32,000 nucleotides of DNA from Ignicoccus pacificus DSM 13166 (GTDB lineage Archaea > Thermoproteota > Thermoprotei_A > Sulfolobales > Ignicoccaceae). The stretch is from the NCBI GenBank assembly GCA_025340205.1, contig CP006868.1:990001-1022000 (forward strand). The letters run 5' to 3'. A program made the position numbers and the translations under genes. The notes under the pieces were generated by a model. The model was not told the DNA's origin and made no database searches. It was given only the letters and a program-made list of their open reading frames with translations. Shown one piece after another: positions 23,353-31,942 of the stretch; position 1 is the stretch's first letter; each line of letters opens with the position of its first letter.

Positions 23353-24672
23353 TTACTCCAACCTTATCCCAACTAAGTTCAAGTACTCCTTGAATCTCTC
23401 CTTCGCCTCTGGTACGTCCTCAAGTTTGTATCCGTAATGTACCTCCAGGAAGTTCTTCCTGAGCTCTATTACGTCCTTCCTAACCTTCTCTGGCTCCTCG
23501 CCGTTGAGTACCCTTACTATTAGCCTAGCTATCTCCCTCATTTCGTCCTCCTTCATACCCCATCTGGTCATCTCTTGAACTCCTAACCTTATCCCGCTAG
23601 GATTGGCTATCGCGTCCGGAGGATCCCAAGGCAATAGGTTCTTGTTGGCGATTATGTAGGCATCCTCCATCCTCTTGACCGGCTCAGCGGCTCCGCCTCT
23701 GTCGGAGAGGTCTATAACCACTTGGTGCGTTCTAGTGAAGCCCAAGTGCTCTCCAAGAACCTTTACGCCCTGGGCGTGGAGCTCCTCTGCTAAGGCCTTG
23801 GCGTTCTTGAGTATCTGAGAAGCATATGCCTCTCCGAACTCCATCATTTCAGCAGCGGTCACTGCTAAGGGAGCCAAGCGGTGAGCATGATGATTGCTCA
23901 CGAAGACGGGGAAGACCACCCTAGAAGCCTTCTTGTATAAGTCTTTCTCATTAGTTAGTATTACACCGCCTTGAGGACCGGGGAAGGTCTTGTGAGTAGA
24001 AGCGGTTATGACGTCAGCTCCCTCCTTGATCGGGTGCTCCAATGCCTTTCCTGCTATTAGGCCTAGGACGTGGGCGGCGTCGTAAACTACCTTGGCGCCG
24101 ACGGAGTGAGCCGCCTCGGCGATCTCCTTCACAGGGTGAGGGAAGGGATACATGCTTCCTCCGAGTACCACGAAGGCAGGCTTGATCTCCTCTATCATTT
24201 TTATCGCTTTATCTACGTCTATATTCAAGTTCTCCTTATCATAAGGCATCTCTATTTGCTCTATCCCTAAGGCTCCCAATATTCCGAACTTAGTATGGGA
24301 GACGTGGGACCCCGCCTGAACGGGAGGGATGAGAGCCTTCTTGCCGCATCCTCCTAGGACGTAGAAGATCGTTCCGTTGGCAGTCGTGCCGCTTATAGGC
24401 CTTACCTCAGCATATTCTACCTCGAATAGCTTTTTCATGAGATCAGTGGCTAACAACTCTATTTCGTCTATGTACTTCGTCCCTTGGTAGTACCTCTTCT
24501 TGGGCTTCCCCTCAGCATATCTATGCATCATGTCGTTTAAATACAAGCTCTCCGCTAGGGGACTCATGACGTTCTCGCTGGCAATCAAGTTTATTGTCTT
24601 GTGCCTCCACTCGTCGTGCGTTCTCGTTATATTTACTATCTGTGAGAGTACGTCTCTCAAGGTTAAACCCAA
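23353..24672 (-). CDS. glyA: Serine hydroxymethyltransferase
   Basis: Motifs: INLIASEN, the PLP-lysine motif [12 protein letters not shown], and VSNHH. 439 aa, TTG start. Confidence 0.92.
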   Translation of the reverse strand: MGLTLRDVLSQIVNITRTHDEWRHKTINLIASENVMSPLAESLYLNDMMHRYAEGKPKKRYYQGTKYIDEIELLATDLMKKLFEVEYAEVRPISGTTANGTIFYVLGGCGKKALIPPVQAGSHVSHTKFGILGALGIEQIEMPYDKENLNIDVDKAIKMIEEIKPAFVVLGGSMYPFPHPVKEIAEAAHSVGAKVVYDAAHVLGLIAGKALEHPIKEGADVITASTHKTFPGPQGGVILTNEKDLYKKASRVVFPVFVSNHHAHRLAPLAVTAAEMMEFGEAYASQILKNAKALAEELHAQGVKVLGEHLGFTRTHQVVIDLSDRGGAAEPVKRMEDAYIIANKNLLPWDPPDAIANPSGIRLGVQEMTRWGMKEDEMREIARLIVRVLNGEEPEKVRKDVIELRKNFLEVHYGYKLEDVPEAKERFKEYLNLVGIRLE

Positions 24673-24859
24673 CGATCCTCCTCTGGCGCCTTATTTTCCC
24701 TAACCCTCTCCAGAAGGCCTTGATCCAGCTGGGAGGGGGCTCTAGATCCCTCCATTCTCCTATATAGATTTGGTAAACGTCGTCCTCCGTGACAACAGAA
24801 ACTATGAGTAAGTCCTCGAGTAATGTGAACCTATAACCAGATTCCACGAACTCCAGCAA
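24521..24859 (-). CDS. Doubtful small ORF filling the glyA upstream gap; its 3' 150 nt overlap glyA in another frame
   Basis: TTG start. The first 55 aa or so ([49 protein letters not shown]) look protein-like. The remainder is Arg-rich and lies inside glyA. Confidence 0.2.
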   Translation of the reverse strand: MLEFVESGYRFTLLEDLLIVSVVTEDDVYQIYIGEWRDLEPPPSWIKAFWRGLGKIRRQRRIVGFNLERRTLTDSKYNENARRVEAQDNKLDCQRERHESPSGELVFKRHDA

Positions 24860-24960
24860 CCTCCCCCCTACTTTCAGCCCAACTTAAAATCCATGTAGTG
24901 TAAACCGAAACTATTTCTCCTCATTATACCCCCTGCTTTCCTCTTCAGGGGACAGAGGAG

Positions 24961-25854
24961 GTGGAGAAGCTCAAAGCTTATCTGGAGCTGGTGAGGGCAC
25001 ATAACTTGTTGGCGACCGCCTTAGGAGTCATCGCTGGCTCGATGCTCGTGGTGAAGCCCCTCCTAGTTCCGGCACTCATAGCTATAATAACTGCCGTCAT
25101 GATAGCGGCTGCTGGATACGCTATAAACGATTACTTTGATATAGAAATAGATAAAATAAATAAGCCAGAGAGACCTATACCTTCCGGCAGAATCTCCCCA
25201 AGAGAAGCGTTGCTACTATCTTATCCCCTCTTCTTCTTAGCCCCTCTGATAGCTCTCATAGTAGGGATATTCACGGCCCTCTTTGCGGCAATCAACAGCG
25301 TGCTTATGTATTTCTACTCTAGGAGCCTAAAGAGAATGGGACTAATTGGGAACTTAGTTGTGGCGTTCTCAACGGCTGCTACCTTGTTTTACGGAGCTCT
25401 AGCTCAAGTGGAGTGGATTAAGGAGTGGAAGGTTTTAGCATTAATAATGCCGGTAGTTCTAATGACGTTCTTCTTAGGACTAGCGAGGGAGATAGTGAAG
25501 GGTGTCGAGGATTACTATGGAGATAAGGCAAACAACGTCAGAACGCTGGCGGTGGTCTGGGGTCCCCATAAGGCGTTAAAGACGGCATTGATATTAACAA
25601 TAGTATCTATTATAATGGCTATCATAAGCTTCTTCACGACCCCATTGTCATACTTGTTCTTGGCGCTTACCGTGAGCGCCGGTATAGCCTCAGTGATATC
25701 CATCGCTAAGGCGATGAAAGGAAAGGACCCAGTTAGCGCGGCAAAGGTACCTAGGAGGGTAATGAAAATAGCAATGTTCGTAGGACTAATAGCAATAATA
25801 CTGGATAGGTCCCTCTCACTTGCCCTCCTTGGGTATAAGGCAGAGGAAGCGTAG
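24961..25854 (+). CDS. UbiA-family prenyltransferase, most likely digeranylgeranylglyceryl phosphate (DGGGP) synthase
   Basis: About 8-9 TM segments, with NDYFDIEIDKINKPERPIPSGRIS (Asp-rich motif 1) and a second region REIVKGVEDYYGD. GTG start. Confidence 0.78.
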   Translation: MEKLKAYLELVRAHNLLATALGVIAGSMLVVKPLLVPALIAIITAVMIAAAGYAINDYFDIEIDKINKPERPIPSGRISPREALLLSYPLFFLAPLIALIVGIFTALFAAINSVLMYFYSRSLKRMGLIGNLVVAFSTAATLFYGALAQVEWIKEWKVLALIMPVVLMTFFLGLAREIVKGVEDYYGDKANNVRTLAVVWGPHKALKTALILTIVSIIMAIISFFTTPLSYLFLALTVSAGIASVISIAKAMKGKDPVSAAKVPRRVMKIAMFVGLIAIILDRSLSLALLGYKAEEA

Positions 25855-26175
25855 GGTTTCGTTTCCTATGTTCTTGTAGTAATGCTTGCTGCAAGGAGGT
25901 ATGTAGATAGCATCGCCCTCCTTAACCTTGTACTCCTTTCCGTTAATCCTTATTAGAGCCTCTCCCTTCAGCACGAATATCTCGTGCTCCCAAGGGTGGG
26001 AGTGTTCGAATATCTCTCCTCCCGGCTCCACTTCGAAGACCCTCATGTAGAAGTTCGGAACCTCGTTGGGACCGAAGATCCACCTTATGGTAGTTTTAGT
26101 TGCCTTGTCGCTTGGAACCTCCTTTGCTTCCACGGACTCCCAGCTCTTTATCTTCTCCTCACACACCAAACCCAT
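25816..26175 (-). CDS. Cupin-domain protein
   Basis: The cupin motifs are G.EIFEHSHPWEHEIFVLKG and GDAIYIPP...H. Its 3' end overlaps the UbiA gene by 39 nt, convergently. Confidence 0.8.
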   Translation of the reverse strand: MGLVCEEKIKSWESVEAKEVPSDKATKTTIRWIFGPNEVPNFYMRVFEVEPGGEIFEHSHPWEHEIFVLKGEALIRINGKEYKVKEGDAIYIPPCSKHYYKNIGNETLRFLCLIPKEGK

Positions 26176-26241
26176 CGACCCCTTACCCCTCCCGAAATAC
26201 CATTGTATTAAGCTAGCGCCCGTCTACCCTAGCGATGGGAC

Positions 26242-27096
26242 ATGAAGGTGCCTTACGAAGTGGATCGGCTGAGGTTCGGACCTGCCGGGATACCTCACGC
26301 TGCTAAGAAGAGGAGCGTGATCGAGGGCGTGAAGAAGGTAGCGGAACTCGGCCTCGATGCCATGGAGCTCGAGTTCGTAAGGGGAGTGAAGCTAAGCCTC
26401 GAGAAAGCTAGGGAAGTCGGAAAGGTAGCCAAGGAGCTAGATGTAGTGCTGACAGCTCATGCTCCCTACTACGTCAACTTAGCTGCTAAAGAGGAGGAGA
26501 AGAGAAAGAGGAGCATAAACCACATCGTGACTTCCGCTAGGGTGCTTCACGCCGCCGGAGGGTGGAGCGTGGTCTTCCACCCGGGCTGGTACATGAAGAG
26601 GGCTCCAACCTTAGTGTATCAGATAATTAGAGACGCTCTGAAGGAAGTCATTGAAATTCTTGAAAGCGAGGGAGTTGATGTATGGATAAGGCCGGAGACC
26701 ATGGAGATGAAAACGAAGTTCGGTAGTCTTGACGAGGTTATAAAGCTTTCATTGGAATTTGAGAAGGTGCTTCCTTGCATTGACTTCGCTCACCTAAGGT
26801 ATAGGGAGAACTGGAACAGCGAGGAACATTTCAGATCTATTCTAGAGAAGCTGGAGAAAGAGCTAGGAAGAAGAGCCTTGGACAACATGCACATTCACGT
26901 CTCTGGGATAAAGTTAGATAAGCACGGAACCCATTTGAATTTAAAGGAGTCTGATATGAGATGGGAGGAGTTGCTAAAGGTCTTGAAGGAATTCAACGTA
27001 AGGGGAGTTCTCATCAGCGAGTCTCCGAACTTGGAGGAAGACGCTCTAATGATGAAGAGACTGTGGGAGAAGCTAACATCCCAAGAGACCTCTTGA
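26242..27096 (+). CDS. Xylose-isomerase-like TIM barrel protein, endonuclease IV (AP endonuclease family 2)-like
   Basis: Motifs are collinear with Endo IV metal-site motifs: LRFGPAGIP, LTAHAPYYVNLA, VVFHPGWY, IRPETME, CIDFAHL, MHIHVSG. Confidence 0.62.
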   Translation: MKVPYEVDRLRFGPAGIPHAAKKRSVIEGVKKVAELGLDAMELEFVRGVKLSLEKAREVGKVAKELDVVLTAHAPYYVNLAAKEEEKRKRSINHIVTSARVLHAAGGWSVVFHPGWYMKRAPTLVYQIIRDALKEVIEILESEGVDVWIRPETMEMKTKFGSLDEVIKLSLEFEKVLPCIDFAHLRYRENWNSEEHFRSILEKLEKELGRRALDNMHIHVSGIKLDKHGTHLNLKESDMRWEELLKVLKEFNVRGVLISESPNLEEDALMMKRLWEKLTSQETS

Positions 27097-28797
27097 GGAC
27101 GCGTTAAATACCACTAGCTTAGCGACCTCAGGTTCCGATATCAAGAAGTTGTACTTCCTCACATCGAATATCTCCATACCCTCGAGCCTAGCCCTCACCT
27201 TCACGGTCAATGGACCCACGGGAACCCTCTTCCCTAGTTCCTCAGCGACCCTTCCAGGGAGACCCTTGTTCCCGGTCTCCTTGACGTGAACCCATGCTCC
27301 GGGACAAGGGGTTAGGTAATCCTCGAGTTCGCTCCAGACTAAGTGCGCGTCCTCTTGTAAGAACCACAGCTTCCCAGCGGGGCCGTACAGGTAGGCAGCT
27401 ATTCCCTCTTTGCCTAACCTGTTCAAAATTCTCTTGAGTCTCGTCAGAGGGATCGCGGCTAGTTCAGCAATAAACTCCTCGTAGAGGGGCCTCCCCTTTA
27501 AGGCCTCCATGACGCTTCCGGCAGTCGACTTTCTTAGAAGCCTTCTCAGCACCTTGACGTCCACGTGAGCGTCAACGCCAACCCTCTTCGCCATCTCTAG
27601 GCCTTCGATAAGGAGATCCATGTCTACGGTTTCAGGAGTAGCTATGAAGACTAGGAACTTCATTTTGCCTTGCTTAGGCCTCAAGAGCCTCCCTATTCTC
27701 TGTATCAATCTTAGCGTAGAAGAGGTATTGCTCCATATTACCAATAGGTCGGCCTCAGGTAGGTCTATTCCCTCCTCCCCAGCGCTCGTGGAAACTATAA
27801 TCGAAGCCTTCTTGACCTCTTCCAGCTTCACCTTTCCGCTCCTCTTGCCGACTACCAGCGCAGCTCCAAGTTTTTCTGCTACGAACCTAGCTACCACCAC
27901 CCTGTCTATGAACACTATAGCTTTTTCAAAGGGATGATCGTTCAAGACTCTTTCTAAGTGAGGGAGCTTGTGAACGGGACAAGACCTCGTACACTTTTCC
28001 AAACCTTCTATTTCTCTCAGAAGATGGGATAGAAGGGTTCCTTTCTTGGCGGATTCCGCCAGAGCTAGGGCCCCATCCCTAGCAAGGAACCTCATGGCTA
28101 GAGCGTAGAGGCCCCTTATCCTCCCCGCGCTGCTCGCCCACATCTCCTTGAGCTTCTGATAATATTCCATACACTCCTTGCAAAGAGGGGACTCGTATAC
28201 TTCGCCTATCCACTTGGGCATGTATCTTAAGATCTCTTCATTTTCATAAGTCCAAACTATTATCTCTCCTATGTATTTCTCGATCATCTCCTTTCTGTTA
28301 GGTGGTATGAAGGCGCTTAGTCCAAGCCTCCACTCCGCCTTAACTAGCTCCACCACCTTTACGTAAGCGTCTTTCCCAGTGGTGTGGTGACATTCGTCGA
28401 CCACCAATACGTTAACCTCTTTCAAGAGGTCTGGGAAGTTCACCGCCTCTTCGGGCGTCGCCACTACTACCTCCGCTTTCAGAGCAGACCTCTTCTCGGT
28501 CTCGCTCTTTCCTCCATGAAGAGGCTTTGCCTCTACCTCGAATTTCTCTGAAAGCACCAGCGAGTTCTGATCGACTAAGATTCTCGTCGGCTCGAGGACC
28601 AGTGCCTTCCCTAGCTCGCCTCTCCTCTTCAGCTCCTCTAGCCAAGCGCCGGCAACTATGGTCTTTCCTGAACCGGTAGGCATCACTATTACTGCTCTCT
28701 TCTTAGTCAAAGCTATTTCAAGAGCCCTCTTCTGGTATTCCCTCAGCTTCACCTTCAAGACACTATTACCCTTCTCAGCGTTCAGTAGAGGTAGCAA
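27073..28797 (-). CDS. SF2 helicase of the DECH (Hef/FANCM/RIG-I-like) type, with an inserted helical domain and a winged-helix-like C-terminal extension
   Basis: Motifs: LREYQ, MPTGSGKT (I), VVDECHH (II), STSAGEEGIDLPEADLLV (V), LIQRIGRLLR (VI). The C-terminal IAELAAIPLTRLKRILNRLGKEGIAAYL is wHTH-like. The TTG start is uncertain. Confidence 0.8.
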   Translation of the reverse strand: MLPLLNAEKGNSVLKVKLREYQKRALEIALTKKRAVIVMPTGSGKTIVAGAWLEELKRRGELGKALVLEPTRILVDQNSLVLSEKFEVEAKPLHGGKSETEKRSALKAEVVVATPEEAVNFPDLLKEVNVLVVDECHHTTGKDAYVKVVELVKAEWRLGLSAFIPPNRKEMIEKYIGEIIVWTYENEEILRYMPKWIGEVYESPLCKECMEYYQKLKEMWASSAGRIRGLYALAMRFLARDGALALAESAKKGTLLSHLLREIEGLEKCTRSCPVHKLPHLERVLNDHPFEKAIVFIDRVVVARFVAEKLGAALVVGKRSGKVKLEEVKKASIIVSTSAGEEGIDLPEADLLVIWSNTSSTLRLIQRIGRLLRPKQGKMKFLVFIATPETVDMDLLIEGLEMAKRVGVDAHVDVKVLRRLLRKSTAGSVMEALKGRPLYEEFIAELAAIPLTRLKRILNRLGKEGIAAYLYGPAGKLWFLQEDAHLVWSELEDYLTPCPGAWVHVKETGNKGLPGRVAEELGKRVPVGPLTVKVRARLEGMEIFDVRKYNFLISEPEVAKLVVFNASSRGLLGC

Positions 28798-28823
28798 AAG
28801 TAGGGGATGGGTCTTGCGAATTC

Positions 28824-28833
28824 CTATTAAAAG
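28824..28833 (+). promoter_or_regulatory. TATA box of the eS17-eS24-eS31-kae1 operon
   Basis: CTATTAAAAG is centred about 36 nt upstream of the TTG start at 28865. Confidence 0.45.
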
Positions 28834-28864
28834 CTCCCACGCTCCCCGCTAGGGGGTTCGAAGA

Positions 28865-29083
28865 TTGGGGAAGGTTAGGATAAACGTGGTTAAGAGAACC
28901 GCTAGGAAGCTACTAGCTATGTATCCCGATCTCTTCACTAGGGATTTCGAGCACAACAAGAAGGTAGTTAACGAGTTAGTTGAGGTAGACTCCAAGAAGC
29001 TTAGGAACCAGATAGCCGGTTACATAACTCACTTAAAGAAGGTGGAGCAGAGGAGGCAGAGCATAGAGCTTGAGGAGAGGTGA
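28865..29083 (+). CDS. rps17e: 30S ribosomal protein eS17 (S17e)
   Basis: [35 protein letters not shown]... matches the eS17 N-terminal signature. TTG start. Confidence 0.9.
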   Translation: MGKVRINVVKRTARKLLAMYPDLFTRDFEHNKKVVNELVEVDSKKLRNQIAGYITHLKKVEQRRQSIELEER

Positions 29084-29088
29084 GAGCC

Positions 29089-29400
29089 ATGACCACTCAG
29101 ATCACTATTGGAGAATATGGAATTGAGATAGCTGAGGAGAAGTGGAACCCTCTGGCCCTAAGGAAGGAGTTCACCATCATAATAACCCACGTCGCCAAGC
29201 CCACTCCTACCAGGTGCGAGGTGAGGGAGGCGGTAGCTAAGGCGCTAAACGTGGACAAGGATCTAGTAGTGGTCACCAAGATGCTAAGTGAGTACGGCAT
29301 AGGTAGGACCAGGGTGAGGGTTCACGTCTACAAGGACAAGGAGAGGCTCCAATACCTAGAGCCTCAAAAGGTGATCAAGCTAAACGAGAAGTGTGGGTGA
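29089..29400 (+). CDS. rps24e: 30S ribosomal protein eS24 (S24e)
   Basis: NPLALRKEF.I...H...PTPTR.EVREAVAKAL.VDKDLVVV......YGIGRT...VHVY. The ATG at 29089 is preceded by AGGTGA (29076-29081) with 7-nt spacing. Confidence 0.9.
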   Translation: MTTQITIGEYGIEIAEEKWNPLALRKEFTIIITHVAKPTPTRCEVREAVAKALNVDKDLVVVTKMLSEYGIGRTRVRVHVYKDKERLQYLEPQKVIKLNEKCG

Positions 29401-29405
29401 TAGAG

Positions 29406-29585
29406 ATGCCGAAGCACGCGCAAGTAAAGCCCCATAAGTTATACGAGTGGGATTACAACACCGGAACCATAAAGCCGAAGAACAAGAGATGCCCTAGGTG
29501 TGGTAGCTGGATGGCCCACCACCTCAAGCCCATCGAGAGGTGGCACTGCGGCAAGTGCGGCTACACAATATTTGTCAAGAAGTGA
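29406..29585 (+). CDS. rps27ae: 30S ribosomal protein eS31 (S27ae), zinc ribbon
   Basis: CPRCGS...HCGKCGY is a zinc ribbon. The ATG at 29406 is preceded by GGGTGAT with 6-nt spacing. Confidence 0.9.
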   Translation: MPKHAQVKPHKLYEWDYNTGTIKPKNKRCPRCGSWMAHHLKPIERWHCGKCGYTIFVKK

Positions 29586-29616
29586 TCTTTGTTCCTCCGT
29601 CCCCCGATAGGTTGGG

Positions 29617-30618
29617 GTGCAATACTTGATAGTTTTAGGTATTGAGAGCACAGCCCATACTATAGGTATAGGTATAGCCATCGATAAGGAACCCTACATC
29701 CTCGCCAACGTGTTCCATACTTACGTTCCTGAATCCGGAGGGATTCACCCAAGGGAGGCAGCTAGACATCATGCCCTCTGGGGACCCAAGCTCTTAAGAG
29801 AGGCCTTGGAGAAAGCTAAAATCTCAATTAGAGATGTGGACGCTATAGCCTACAGCGCGGGTCCGGGCTTAGGACCGTGTCTGAGAACTGGCGCCGTAAT
29901 AGCTAGAGCGCTGGGAGCCAAGTACGGAAAGCCATTGGTACCCGTCAATCACAGCCTAGCTCACATAGAGATAGCCCGTCTCTTTACTGGCTTCAAGAGG
30001 CCTTTGGCTATTTACGTATCAGGCGGAAGCACGATGATCTCTGCGCCAGCGATAAAGAGGTACAGAGTGTACGGGGAGACCCTTGACATAGGTTTGGGTA
30101 ACTTGCTTGATACGTTTGCTAGAGAGGTGGGAATAGGTCCCCCCTTCGTTAAGAAAGGGGTTCACGTAGTTGAACTGTGTTCTGAGGGCGCTAAGGAGCC
30201 TCTACTCTTACCTTATACCGTGCAAGGAGTGGACCTCTCCTTTTCAGGGTTGTTAACAGCTGCCTTGAAGGAGTGGAAGAAGGGCAAGAAGAAGGAGGTC
30301 TGTTACGGCCTATGGGAGATCGCTTATGATATGGTAGTTGAGGTAGGAGAAAGGGCGCTTGCTCATTCTAAATTAAAAGAAATAGTATTAGTAGGGGGCG
30401 TGGCGGGATCCAAGAAGCTCCAAGAGAAGGTGCATTTAATGGCTCAAGAACATGGAGCTAGGTACAAGCCAATACCTTATGAATATGCTAGAGATAATGG
30501 AGCTATGATAGCTTGGACTGGATTGAAATTATTTAAGTATGGAATAAGCATCACACCTCTTCAAGCTAGAGTTTACCAGAGATGGAGGCTTGATGAAGTA
30601 ACTGTGCCATGGCTCTGA
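29617..30618 (+). CDS. kae1: Kae1, tRNA N6-adenosine threonylcarbamoyltransferase (KEOPS catalytic subunit), not fused to Bud32
   Basis: Motifs: LGIESTAHTIGIGIA, GGIHPREAARHH, AYSAGPGLGPCLRTG, NHSLAHIE, SGGST, VGGVAGSKKL, ARDNGAMIAW. Confidence 0.9.
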   Translation: MQYLIVLGIESTAHTIGIGIAIDKEPYILANVFHTYVPESGGIHPREAARHHALWGPKLLREALEKAKISIRDVDAIAYSAGPGLGPCLRTGAVIARALGAKYGKPLVPVNHSLAHIEIARLFTGFKRPLAIYVSGGSTMISAPAIKRYRVYGETLDIGLGNLLDTFAREVGIGPPFVKKGVHVVELCSEGAKEPLLLPYTVQGVDLSFSGLLTAALKEWKKGKKKEVCYGLWEIAYDMVVEVGERALAHSKLKEIVLVGGVAGSKKLQEKVHLMAQEHGARYKPIPYEYARDNGAMIAWTGLKLFKYGISITPLQARVYQRWRLDEVTVPWL

Positions 30619-30641
30619 GGGAATTAAAAAGATGATTGAGT

Positions 30642-30653
30642 GAATATAATAAC
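30642..30653 (+). promoter_or_regulatory. TATA box of the tfx-like gene
   Basis: GAATATAATAAC lies about 40 nt upstream of the ATG at 30687, which is preceded by GGAGA. The listed TTG start at 30636 lies upstream of this box. Confidence 0.4.
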
Positions 30654-30686
30654 TTTAGGAAACCACCTCCGCATCGGAGAAGTACA

Positions 30687-31127
30687 ATGAGGGACTTAAC
30701 GAGGAAACTACAAGTGTTGACGTTACGAAAGAAAGGCTACAGTTACTCTGAAATTGGAAAGATCTTAGGGGTAACTAAGCAAAACGTACACTCCATAGAA
30801 AAGAGGGCCAGAAAGCAGTTCGACGAATGTAAGTTTGCATATGAATTGCTTCACTGGGCGTTCGCAAAGGATTGTCTAATAGTAAAGAAGGGAGAGGACC
30901 TACGTGAGGCGATAAAGAAGGTCCTAGAACTCGGAGATAAGTTAAACGTAAAGATAGTAGGTACTCTCGATGAAATATTAGGCTTCATAAAGGTTAGATT
31001 GGGAGACATAAAGGATAATGAGTTTGCTATTTGCATTATGGAAGATGGGAAGATAGAAGTAATAGGACCCCAAACCCTCGAGCACTTGCGTCAACTAAAT
31101 TTGATTGACTCTATTGGTAAAGCTTAA
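30687..31127 (+). CDS. tfx: Tfx-family DNA-binding transcriptional regulator
   Basis: LTRKLQVLTLRKKGYSYSEIGKILGVTKQNVHSIEKRARKQ is a sigma-70 region 4 / LuxR-type HTH, as in Methanothermobacter Tfx. An alpha/beta C-terminal domain of about 90 aa follows. Confidence 0.68.
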   Translation: MRDLTRKLQVLTLRKKGYSYSEIGKILGVTKQNVHSIEKRARKQFDECKFAYELLHWAFAKDCLIVKKGEDLREAIKKVLELGDKLNVKIVGTLDEILGFIKVRLGDIKDNEFAICIMEDGKIEVIGPQTLEHLRQLNLIDSIGKA

Positions 31128-31162
31128 GTATAGTCAATGGTATATGTCAAACCGGTGGGTTG

Positions 31163-31942
31163 ATGAGGCAGCAGAGGACCTTGATCATCCTTACGGGAGT
31201 GACCGTAGTCTTGGTTCTGGCTTTAGGAGCCCTCAGCTTGAGTTCATCCGACGAACCCACGTTCTACCTCGGAGCTGCCATGAAGAAGGCGTGGCAGCCG
31301 ATAGTTCAGCAATTCGAGAAGGAATACCACGTGAAGGTAAGGGCCATCTACGGTAGCTCTGGAGGACTCCTAAGCCAAATGGTCATGGCGAAGAGAGGCG
31401 ACATATACTCGCCGGCCACTCCTCCGTACATGGAAAAAGCTATCAAGGAAGGGGTCGTAGATCCAAGCACTGTAAGGGTAGTTGCTTGCTTGGCACCGGC
31501 GATACTCTATCCTAAGGGCAAGCACTACACCCTTCAAGATCTGCTGACCAAGAACGTGAAGATAGCTATGTGTAACACCGAGAACTGTGCCGTAGGGAAG
31601 TTCATAAAGCAAATGCTAGAGAAGGAGGGACTTTGGGACAAGATAAAGAAGAAGGTGGTAGTTTACACCGAGAACTTCGCCAAGTTAGTGAGCTTATTGT
31701 ACATGGGAGAGGTAGACGCAGCGCTAGGATGGAACATAGCTAAGTACTGGTATCCGAACAAGATAGATGCTACTATACTGAAGGGACCTATGCCCTACAA
31801 GCCTTGTATGACCATAGCTATATCAAAGTTCTCAAAGCACAGGGACATAGCGCAGAAGTTCATTGAATTCTTGAACAGCACCTATGCCAAGTACATCATA
31901 TTCCAGAAGTACCACTACCTGAGGCCGGGTGCTCTAGGTTGA
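31163..31942 (+). CDS. Molybdate/tungstate ABC transporter substrate-binding protein (ModA/WtpA family)
   Basis: It has an N-terminal anchor (TLIILTGVTVVLVLALGALSLSSS) and the type II PBP pattern ...AAMKKAWQPIVQQFEKEY.VKV..IYGSSGGLLSQM....RGDIYSPATP.YM. The next gene begins in the TGATG stop/start overlap. Confidence 0.72.
   Translation: MRQQRTLIILTGVTVVLVLALGALSLSSSDEPTFYLGAAMKKAWQPIVQQFEKEYHVKVRAIYGSSGGLLSQMVMAKRGDIYSPATPPYMEKAIKEGVVDPSTVRVVACLAPAILYPKGKHYTLQDLLTKNVKIAMCNTENCAVGKFIKQMLEKEGLWDKIKKKVVVYTENFAKLVSLLYMGEVDAALGWNIAKYWYPNKIDATILKGPMPYKPCMTIAISKFSKHRDIAQKFIEFLNSTYAKYIIFQKYHYLRPGALG

Noticed and set aside
27049-27096. Perfect C box AUGAUGA near the end of the Endo IV-like gene
   Set aside because: It lies inside two overlapping coding regions. 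There is no CUGA at the right distance (only UUGA at 37 nt), no internal boxes, and no adjacent terminal stem.
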